From Eledone cirrhosa (Eukaryota): a stretch of 64,000 nt of DNA. The position numbers and the translations under genes are program-made. Below are positions 53,162-64,000 of this stretch, in pieces. The notes under the pieces are model-generated. The model was given only the letters and a program-made list of their open reading frames with translations, was not told where the DNA came from and ran no database searches. The stretch covers positions 217,248,001-217,312,000 of the forward strand of contig OZ024742.1 in NCBI GenBank assembly GCA_964016885.1, in the 5' to 3' direction. Each line of letters opens with the position of its first letter. The stretch's first letter is position 1.

Positions 53162-56100
53162 TGTAGCGCTCTCTAGACAAAGGGAAGTAGCTAGAGTTAC
53201 TTCCTGTAGAATTTCTAGAACATTCCTTGAACTTCCGTTCCAGGTATTATAAAAGAAAGAGAAAAAGGCAATCTGTTTTTTTTTCAGTCAGCGTTGCGGA
53301 TCAGGAGTAGCGCGGAATGCAGCTTTCAACTGTCTGTGAAACCTCTCCACCATTCCGTTGGAGGCTGGGTGATAGCTGGTCGTATGAATGTGATGAGCAC
53401 CCAACAGTCGTGATATTTCACGAAATAAGGAAGCCTCGAACTGGCGTCCCCAATCCGTGGTTATTTTAGAAGGAACACCAAAGCGAGCAACCCAACTGGA
53501 AATGAAAGCTCGGGCAACGGACTCGACTGTTATGTCCACTAGGGGTATGGCTTCAGGCCACCGAGAGAAACGATCGATACAGGTCAATATATATGTGAAC
53601 CCACGACTAACGGGCCAAGGATCAACAATATCCATGTGAATGTGACGGAAACGAGCGTCCAGCGGGCTGAATTTACCAAGAGGAGCGCAAACATGCCGAT
53701 GAACCTTAGAGCGCTAACACTGCAAACAAGAACATGCCCAACCGGTGATTAAATGACGCATGTTAGGCCAGAAGACTCGGGCCGTGATGAGCTTCACCGT
53801 GGCAGCTATGCCAGGGTGCGACAAGGAATGAAGTGCATCAAAAATGGTACGCTGATGACAATCTGGAACAAGTGGTCTGGGTGAGCCGGTAGAAATGTTG
53901 CAAAGAATTTTCCCTTCAGCAGAGGAAAGAGGTAGATATTCAAAGAAGGTTGGTTAGTCGCAATGGCAACCAAATCAATATGTTCAGGAGACGCAAGGGA
54001 GCACACAGTGAGTCGAGACAGTGCGTCCGCGGGTACGTTGGCAGCTCCAGCTATATGACGAATGTCACTGGTGTACTGGGAGATGAAATCCAAATGTCTG
54101 TATGCCCTTGGAGAGTGTCTGTCGGACTTGGATTGAAGAGCGAATGTGAGTGGTTTATGATCTGTGAATACCGTGAACTCCCGACCTTCAAGAAGATGGT
54201 GGAAGTGTCTCACAGCAAGATAAACTGCTAAAAGCTCTCTGTCAAAAGTACTGTAACGTTGCTCTGCTGGTTTTAGTTGGCGTGAGAAAAACGCCAGTGG
54301 TTGAAACTGGTGGTTGATTGTATGTTGCAAGACTGCTCCGACAGCATGGTCGGATGGATCGACAGTTAAGGATAGCCTCGCGTTCGCAAAAGAACGAGCC
54401 AGAAAGGAAACACGAAATCCAATCCACGCATGACTTCATCGACAAAACATTGGAACGTACTAGAGGCATTCCGCAAACCAAAAGGCATGGACAGGAATTC
54501 AAATGAACCAAAGGGGTGGTCACAGCTGTCTTTGGTATATCCTCTGGATTCGTGGGTATCTGGTGGTATGCGTGTATTAGATCTATTTTGGAAAATATCG
54601 TGCATCCATGAAGAACGGATGAAAAATCCTGTCGGTTGGGTAAAGGATAACAATCAGGTGTGGTGATAGCGTTAAGTCTTCAGTAATTTCCTACCGGTCT
54701 AAAATCCGCCTCACCCTTTCGAGCTAAGTGCAGTGGAGATGCCCATGGGCTGGTGGAAGGTCGTATTAGACCGAGTTGGAGCATGTGCTCGAACTCGTCT
54801 CAGACTTTTTTTAGTCTATCCGGAGCCAACCTTCGTGGACGAGAGAAAACAGGTGGGCCAGTCATTGTAATGAAGTGTTGAGTCGTGTGTACTGCCTGGG
54901 TAGGTTTAAATGAAATATCCGTTAACTCGGGAAACGAAGTAAGGAGTGCATGAAACTGGTTTCCAGCGGCAGCCACAAAAAATGACGGACTGACAGCAGC
55001 AGCAGTAGATTTACGAGTAGGCATAGATAAGGATGTGGTATTATCCACAAGTATGTTTCCTGACATCTACCAAAAGTGAATAGTACTGTAAGAAATCCGC
55101 ACCGAGAATAGGATGAGGTAGGTCGGCAATGACGAAAATCCATTTAAAATCTCGACGCAAAGCTAGGTCCAATGATAAAGATATCTGTCCATAGGTTTTT
55201 ATAGGAGACTGGTTCACTGCATACAAAGAAATGCCAGAAAAAGTTGGCTTGGTAGAGCTGAACCGTAAGGGCCAAATACTGCAACTTGATCCTGTGTCGA
55301 CCATGAATGACTTGTTTGAGACACGGTCTCTGATGAAGAAAGCACGATAAGGCGAAATGTTAAGGGAGATGTCTGCCGTGTCCAGACTCTCCAAACTTAG
55401 TTTTCCGATACCCCAAAAGAGCAGGGCTTGATACAATGATGTGCCTTATCACTGAAACGCGTATGGTACCAACACAAAGAAGAACTGTTGGCTGGGGAGT
55501 TGGTACGTTGGTGAGAAGAAAAAGACACTAGGTGGCGCTCGATCAGGACACAGTTTAGCTACTTGACGTGTTAACCCGTCAATAGCTCTTAACATGGCTT
55601 CCTCACTAGGTGAGGCAGGCTGTTTTTTAAGAATAGAAGAAGCAATGACCGAATCAGCCGAGGTAGGTCCCCTAGAAAATTCCATAATCCTGTCTGCAGT
55701 GGCAGCAATTTGTTCTATAGAACTGGTGTCAACCATATTCGCCAACATGGTTTGCACATTGGTTGGCAATCGGGAGAAGAATAACTTCTTTACAAAGGAA
55801 CTGTCTTCGGGCGCAGCATCGCTGAGTTCTCGGATACACCGTAAAAACTGTCCCCCAGATTTTCATCTTCCAATAATGAACGAAATCTACTCTCAGACGA
55901 CCCACTGTTCCTACGCAGTACCTCTGTCTTCAGAGACTCGTAGGAGGCGCCTTGTGGAGGGTCTGTTATGATGTCCTTTACTGTAGTTGCCAGCGAAGCA
56001 GGAATTCCACTAATCAGCACGTGTAGTTTTTGCTGTGCAAAACACGCATCTAGCTGGGCAAACCACAATTTAGCATCGCCAGAATACACCGGTAACGATG

Positions 56101-56677
56101 TGTTGCTCATAATTGTGACACGGTGGATGCTGAGCGAGGAATGCTCATAGACAAAACTTGGTCAGATAAACAGAAGCGAGAGAGATGATTTTCAGGAGAA
56201 ATTTTATGTTCAAACGTCGGGTCACCACTTTAGTGGATTGGTCATTGGGTTATTTACTCCAGTAAATACCACTGCATGCCAACCACTAATTTAATTTGAA
56301 AGAAGATATAGAAGAACTTTTATGTAATTTTCCTTGGTTAGAATTATCTCTCTGCATTCGAAGTAGTAAAATGAAGCATGACCAATATCTCAAAACGAGT
56401 ATCAATAAGAATTTGTGTTTATTGTAGTGCGTGTATTACAATTTGGTAACAAAACGTACCTTGTGACATGATAGAAGTGTAATCCTGAAATACAAGATAG
56501 GATTAGAAAAAGCTTAACATTTGTGCTCGGTGTGGTCAGTTCGAGAGCCTGTTGTCAAAAAAAGAGATTGCCCTTTTCTCTTTCTTTTATAATACCTGGA
56601 ACGGAAGTTCAAGGAATGTTCTAGAAATTCTACGGGAAGTAACTCTAGCTACTTCCCTTTGTTTAGAGAGCGCTACA
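53162..56677 (-). mobile_element. Degraded Ty3/Gypsy LTR retrotransposon with inverted termini
   Basis: LTR ~56230-56677; PBS TGGTGACCCGACGT (56214-56227, tRNA-Trp-like); gag; protease VDTGSS; RT MPFGLRNA; RNase H FDRELLAVY; integrase IDRFSRW..SNGMVERFH. Confidence 0.9.
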
Positions 56678-57209
56678 ATTTCACTGCTATTTTTATCAGT
56701 TCAAAGAACTACATAGAGGCTCACCATTGTTACTTTCCCAGTTATAAAGTTTTGCCATGATGAAACGTGCCCTATTGACACTGTAAAGTGGTCGTGTTGG
56801 TGTCACAACAAAAAGCGCCCAGTCCACAGTGTAGTCATTTTGGTGCCATGACAAAAAGCACCCAGTCAACACTGTAAATCTGGTTGGCATTAAGGACATC
56901 CAACCATAGAAACCAAGCTAGAACAGTTCTGTGTGAGCAAGACACAATCATCTAATCTAACTTGTCTCCCGAGACAACTCATCTAACCCATTCTATTGTG
57001 GAAAAAGGGACATTAAACAGTGATTATGATGATGATGATCATCATATATATATATATATATCAGGACCAAGATCTATGGTGTTACGCAGCAATACAGAAG
57101 ACCTAACTTCCCATGGGCAGAGGCCGAAGATGAAGCATAATAAGCACCAACCCACCCACTCACATACATCTTCCATGAGGACAAGCTGAAGTATACATCC
57201 AGTGAAGCT

Positions 57210-57760
57210 TCCAGCCTACACTGTAAAGTGATCATGATGGCGACACGGCAAAAAGCGCCCAGCCCACACTGTAAAGTGATCATGATGGCGACACGGCAAA
57301 AAGCGCCCAGCCCACACTGTAAAGTGATCATGATGGCGACACGGCAAAAAGCGCCCAGCCCACACTGTAAAGTGATCATGATGGCGACACGGCAAAAAGC
57401 GCCCAGCCCACACTGTAAAGTGATCATGATGGCGGACACGGCAAAAAGCGCCCAGCCCACACTGTAAAGTGATCATGATGGCGGACACGGCAAAAAGCGC
57501 CCAGCCCACACTGTAAAGTGGTCATGAATGGCAAAAAGCACCCAGCCCACACTGTAAAGTGGTCGTGGTGACGACACGGCAAAAAGCGCCCAGCCCACAC
57601 AGTAAAGTAATCATGATGGAGACACGGCAAAAAGCGCCCAGCCCACACTGTAAAGGTATCATGGTGACGACACGGCAAAAAGCGCCCAGCCCACACTGTA
57701 AAGTGGTCGTGAATGGCAAAAAGCACCCAGCTCACACTGTAAAATGGTCATGTAAGCGTT
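57210..57760 (+). repeat. ~49-bp minisatellite expanded from the RTE/SINE 3' UTR (~11 units)
   Basis: Repeated aaaaagcgcccagcccacactgtaaagtgatcatgatggcgacacggc, lying between a LINE ORF end and its tail. Confidence 0.9.
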
Positions 57761-58206
57761 ACGACAAAAAGCACCCAGTACTCACTGTAACAGGTTAGCA
57801 CTAGGAAGGGCATCCAGTTGTAGAAACCAAGCCAAAATCGGTTCTGTATAAGCATGACATAGTTACCTGACCTAGCATTGCTCACAACAGGATAACTTGT
57901 CTAACCCATGCCAGCATGGAAAAATGGATGTTAAACAGTGATGATGATGATGATGAACTGAAAATCGCTGGACAGATTTTACAGGCAAAACCAACCAGTA
58001 GGAGACCCAGGGGTAAAGCCTGAGCAAGATGGTTGGATAACATCCATGAGCTTGGCTGGTCTCACTTATTGATCCAGCCTGATAAGTTGGAGATAGTTGC
58101 TTCTGACTGGACCTGCTGAAGGGAATGTTTGAGGACTCTTCTCCCATGACCCTCTCAGGAATAAGTGGGCGAAGAAGATGATGATGATAATATATACACT
58201 GACTCA

Positions 58207-58332
<126 letters not shown>

Positions 58333-59534
58333 TTACTGGTTGTAGCCATTTTGACAGTAGCCATGCTGGGGGACACATTTTTGAACAAAACGATCTTAAT
58401 TATATTAGTAATATAATAATGATTTCTGATAGTAAGACTAATTAAATATAATAGTAAGACTAATTAAATATAATAGTAAAAAAAGGAAGTAAAACTTTTC
58501 ATAGAAGTCAAAATTGTGGTAATGGATTATCAAAATTATTAGAGCATCAGCCAAAATGCCTGTTGTATTTAGCTACAGCCAATTATGGTTGTATTGCCCA
58601 TGATAAACTGACATGGGTTCAGTAAAGTTTTGCAAAATCATATAAGGGTCTGGCAACAAAATAAGTTTAGGAACCACTAATATAAATCAATAAAATAAAC
58701 TAGCTGCTGTAGAAATTTCAACGAGAAGAGCTTATTGGGTTGCCAAGGGAAACAAATCAGATTTTTTGAAGAGTGAATTATTTTATATTGTAAAATTCCT
58801 ATATTTGTTTCAGTACACACTGGAGTGGTGATCTTAGAAATGAAAACAGGACTGCCATGGGAAGGCTTTTATTATCAGTTCTAATATCCATTTTTGTATG
58901 CTAGCATGGGATGGATGAGACTTTTTGAGGCAGAATTCTATGGTCAAATGCAGAGAAGAGACAAACACACACATGTACACACACACACAAGACAGACTTC
59001 ATACAATTGGCATCTAAGAAATGCATTAAGCCATTGGTTGGCCTAAGGCTACAGTAGAAGACATTTACCCAAGGTGCTGCACAGTGAGTAGAAGCCAAGA
59101 AAATGTGGTTGCAAAAAAAACTTCTTACCCACACAGCAATGTTTGTACCTATAGCCATAACTACACCACATTAAACAAGGTCAAGACTCAGTTCTATAAA
59201 TTAACAAAAGAACATCAACTCTACAGTGTTTCAATTTATAACAATGAGCCACTCCAATGTGTGGTACTTACAGCAAAATGGATCGGATCAGTTGAAAGCT
59301 AAGTATTTTGGCCATGAACACAATATATTGCAAAATTAGCAATAAGTAAAAATATCATTTCCATTAAAATATTATTTTCATTAAGTTGTGCCTGATGCAA
59401 AACAATGGCTTCAGTAAAGCTTGAATTCATGACCCTGTGGTCAGTATTCAAGCAGCTAATCCTCAATATACTTTCTCTTGTTAACTAGAATACATTAGAA
59501 TATGAGAGAACAAAAGATTGAGCAATGTTTATAC

Positions 59535-59611
59535 CTTCGTACAGGAGTAGGAATAATTTTGACGCGAACTGGTAATTTAGCTGTGGATACACGTGGACTA
59601 TCTTCCCCTTC
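59535..59611 (-). CDS. MBTPS1: Site-1 protease exon (EGEDSPRVSTAKLPVRVKIIPTPVR)
   Basis: 77 bp, AG/GT boundaries; matches S1P STVKLPIKVKIIPTP. Confidence 0.92.
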
Positions 59612-59790
59612 CTGTAACAAAGAGAAAGAAAATTTGATAAATTGTCAATTAATATAACTCCCAATTTAGTAGACAGAGTGAGTGCATTGAGATTGCTAGG
59701 ACAGTACAGTATGAAAACAATTTATGAAAAAGTGAAATCATTTAATTTTGCTAACAGATTATTAGTTTTTCTGAATGTATCTCTTAGCAT

Positions 59791-61885
59791 TGTAGCAAGC
59801 TACTTTCCTTTGGCGCATTGATACCCTGTCCGTATGTGATTTGGCTAAGTTAAGCCAATCGTGAACCGCGCACGGATATGTATTTTCAGCTTCCGCCCAA
59901 ACCGAGAAATTCCTGCTTCTTTTAATAAACTAATTCTCTTTGCGCTTCGACTGCAGTAAGGTAAACACCAATTCTTATTTTGATTTGCAAACATTAACTA
60001 ATATGTAACACAACAATGTAACCACGGCCTGGCTAACACTTCAGCCAGTAGACCGTGTCTTCTAAAACCTTAATTTTGTTCGTTTCATTTATTTTGGCAT
60101 GCCAGCACAACTCACTTCAACCTCCGTTAATTAATTACATTTATTGTTACAACAAACTACAAATTGTTGTCGACTTCATTTTACATATTGATATTATTAT
60201 TTCATGGCTTGATGTTATCTTACTTCTAAACTGGTTACTATTACTTGCTGCTATATTGGTGACTTCTGTTGATACACATTACAAAATACAAACAATACAA
60301 TGCTAAATATTATCATTCTCGTTAATATCATTCTAAATATTTCTAAAATGGTGACCCGCCATTGGAAAATTTCTGGACGAAATATTCCCCAAATAAAAAA
60401 AAAATTTTTAGCAGTATTTAAAAAAAAACAACACTCAACCTTTCTTGTATTGTGTCAACACACCAATTAAAAACTTTCTTGTTGATAACATGGCATGATG
60501 TTTTCCTTATGAACTCGCCACAGAAAACTTTCCTTTGAAGAAAAATTAGCAGTATTTGAAAAAATTACAGCACAAAAAAATGTTTTTTTCAACATGGCTT
60601 CGATTAACAACATCAACAACTTCAACAGCAGCAGCGTCAACATCAACATGATGGCAGTATTAGAGTTATACTGCTGTACCCACCACAGCTACAATTATGT
60701 CACCAACGACCCAACAACAGATTCAACATCTTGCTTTCTTTTCGAACTATTAGCCATTTCCCTGGCTGTCAAACACTTTCGGCATTCACTGGGAGGCCGA
60801 CAATTTTTGCCTACCCATCAATTCCTTGCCAGCGCCTGAAAATATTGACTCACATTTTATGGCTGCAGAACAGCCACCCTAGAGTCGTTTGATCTCCCTT
60901 CACCGGAATTAACAACTGGCAAACGCAATTACCTGCCTGCACCCACTACGGACTCTCAGATTCTCTCTGATACTGCAACAGATTCACCTCGCCGTCTGGT
61001 CCCACAGACTCATCGTCGAATAGTTTTCGATTCTCTACACAGCTACTGGTAAACTACCATAACAGCTTCAGCTACACAGCTCTGGTAAAACGATTACCAT
61101 AACAGCTTCAGCTACACAGCACTGGTAAAATGATTACCATAATAGCTACAACTACACAGCTCTGGTACAATGATTACCATAACAGCTACACAGCGCTGGT
61201 AGAACACTATGAAGAGCTAGTCATTTAACACAGTGGCTTACAATTTTCTTCTTGCATGCATTCATTCATTCATTCATTCAATTTTTTTTTCATTGATGTG
61301 CTCTTTTTCAGAGTTTTCCTACTGGATCAATGCAAATTCAATCTTTTCTTATTTATCACCCTTCCGGTCTAAACAGGGTGCATTGGCTGTCCGTACGTGA
61401 TTTGGCTAAGTTAAGCCAATCGTGATCTGCGCACAGATATGTATTTTCAACTTCCACCCAAACTGAGAAATTCCAGCTTCTTTTAATAAACTAATCCTCT
61501 TTGTGCGTCGACTGTGTTAAGATAAACACCAATTCTTCTTTTGCTCCGCAAACATTAAGCCAATATGTAACAACAATGTAACCACGGTCTGGCTAACACT
61601 TCAGCCAGTAGCCGTGCCTTTTGCAATCTTAATTCGTTTGTTCATTTCTTTTGGCATGCCAGCCCAGCTTAATTCAGCTCTTAACCTTTGTTAATAAATG
61701 ACATTTATTGTTACAACAAAGTAAATGTTGTCGTTAACATTATTCAACAGAAAACTTGGTTACTATTACATGCTGCTATATTGATGACATAATACATCAT
61801 TTTAGTTTATAAACTGCTTCACCAGTGACCTCTGTTGATACACAAAACACAATACACATTCAATACAAATAACAATTATCATTAT
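59791..61885 (+). mobile_element. Internally deleted Gypsy remnant with diverged direct LTR-like repeats
   Basis: ~59810-60320 resembles ~61377-61885. PBS-like TGGTGACCCG at ~60349; RNase H fragment ELLAISLAVKHFRHSL at ~60743-60790. Confidence 0.65.
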
Positions 61886-62927
61886 TCTTTTTAACTGCTT
61901 CAGCTTGCTTGAGACTATCACTCCAAATTGCCATTGCATTGGTGCTTTTCCAGGGATCAAGACCACATGCCACACACAGGTCAGCCAGAACATACTTTCT
62001 CTATTTAAGACTTTTAATATCTCAAGCCAGTTTCATTCCCTACAATAACCTTGCCACATTTGAATGCTCTGGTGACCTCAACCTCTGAAAGGTTAGTCAA
62101 CCCTTGGTATACTTCTTGTACATTAGATGCTGTAGTGATCAAATTTAGGAGATTAGCAAAATATTCTCTCCATCTTGTAAGGATGCAACTCTCTCCAGAA
62201 AGAACTCCAGACGAGTTCATGATAGCAGGTGTGGAGGAAGACTTATTATGAAGTTTGTGGATGGTCAACAAGAATACTTTATTTGCTGATCTACACCCAA
62301 CGTTTCATTATTGTCTAAATATTTTTTGTCAAATACATTTTAAAGTTTTTATTGTTGACAGTGTTCTAGATATATAGCACCACCTAGTGTCACACAGCAT
62401 TGGACTGCTGATATTAAAGATTCTTTTCCTCTATGTACTTGAAGATATGTTACCAATCAATCTGTTCATTTCATATCTGATTTGAGACAAAGTAACTAAC
62501 TATTTTAGTTTTCAGTAGAGGAGCAGGTCAGCCTAGTTTAATAATTTCTCACTTTTCAGCAATATTCCTCTGCTGAAATGATTTTTCTCTTAGATCCAGC
62601 CTCTTATCCTAATTTAAATTCATTTCATCAACAATCTAGGTAATTTTTTGATGGGGAATGTGTTCATAAAAAATGCACAAAACATTTAAATCATTAATTT
62701 AATATCTTAAAGAAAATTGACTGACTAAAAAAAATCATTGAATAACAAATCATTTTACTGGTTTGAGAGCTGATGAGGGTGAAGATGTGTGTGTTTAATC
62801 GAAATTTTATTTTGGGGTTTTTTTGTTTTTTAAGGATTAATGCAAAATAGAATATAGAACGTATTTGTTGATATTTGAAAAATGTCAGATTCCTAAATGC
62901 AGAAAATAATTGTAATAACAGTTGATT

Positions 62928-63117
62928 ACTATAGATAATATTTGAGAAAATGGATAAATTACCTCTAGAGATGGAAAAAGTGAACAGAGATGCCTACAAG
63001 GAATTGAACCCCCATATCTCTTGAATACAGGGTTTGATTCCACATAAGCACCACTATCCACTTTTTTCCATCTCTAAGAGTAATTTACACCCATTTTTCT
63101 TAAATATTATCTATAGT
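62928..63117. repeat. Old diverged inverted repeat (~55-bp arms)
   Basis: actatagataatatttgagaaaatgg..gatggaaaaagtg versus cacttttttccatc..ttaaatattatctatagt. Confidence 0.6.
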
Positions 63118-63391
63118 GATCAGCAGTTATAAAAATTATTTTATGTATCACAGATTTTCAAATTTCAAATATTCCCAGGGCTTTGATAATTCATAAGGTT
63201 TATTTGATTATATTTTTCATCTCTGTACAGTTATAGATATTGCGATAACATGAAAGGTGAAAAAGTGAGTATCTATTTAATACTTTCAAGTGTCCTATGC
63301 ATCTGTACCTGTACTCACTTTAAAGAATTCAAAAATTTACAAAAACGTAAATATAAAGTAGAAAATAAATAATTTTATAAAGTCTACTAAC

Positions 63392-63574
63392 CTCAGGAGC
63401 AGATTCAACAGTAACAGTAACTAGTCCTTGTGCAATCCCTTGCCAATTAGCAGCACTCTTTCCAACAGCTATAGCAATAGCTAAGTAACCTGACCAGGGC
63501 CACAAGGTTTGAGAATATGAAAATGCCACATCAATGTAGTTTCCAAACTGAGGAGCATAGGGTTGCCAAAGTGG
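63392..63574 (-). CDS. MBTPS1: Site-1 protease exon ([33 protein letters not shown]...SAPE)
   Basis: 183 bp, AG/GT boundaries, phase 0; matches S1[16 protein letters not shown]. Confidence 0.95.
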
Positions 63575-64000
63575 CTGGAAAGAGAAATATGAAACAAGCA
63601 AAATAACAAAAGGTTAACTGCATAAGAAAGAATGAATATCAGCAGTAACATCATAGTAAAGTTATTAAAAGGTAAATAATATTCAATTAGTGTTATATCT
63701 CTGGTTAGTCTTGAGTAAAGCTCAGAACCTCTCTTTCTTCATACTTGCTTCACGATACACCATTATTCAGGTTTTCATGCGATTGAGTTTTACAATTTAA
63801 ACTCTTAACTGTAGAATGATACCATGCATCATTGAACTATTTAACATAATGAATCAAATTTGGGTGTTATACTTTAAACAGCCTTAATTATGGAAGAAAA
63901 TTGAAGAGCATCAACATTTTTAACAAGGTTGATTTCATCAAAATAGATATAAAAACACTTATAAAATGTTGAACATTTATAAATTTTCACAGGTCCAGCT

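Noticed and set aside
62770-62815. CTGATGA...GAAA possible hammerhead
   Set aside because: Stem II is weak and there are no convincing stems I and III.

Overview
Eukaryotic, AT- and microsatellite-rich animal DNA, probably mollusc/cephalopod (inferred from the repeat landscape, not demonstrated). The only host gene is MBTPS1 (site-1 protease/SKI-1) on the minus strand: ten in-phase GT-AG coding exons between 27856 and 63574. Its introns hold RTE LINEs, tRNA-headed SINEs, Tc1/mariner remnants, two Gypsy remnants and a Penelope-like GIY-YIG fragment. The standout is a ~12.7-kb head-to-head palindrome (332-13059) made of two near-perfect 466-bp tandem arrays. Each unit carries a minimal type I hammerhead ribozyme (26 complete copies), i.e. 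a retrozyme-like array, and the inversion junction falls inside the ribozyme core. The same architecture (fold-back, unequal arms, both ends in (TA)n) recurs at least six more times, with three further hammerhead families that all read outward; one has a U3-A8 variant core. The many short ORFs in the array and microsatellites are spurious.
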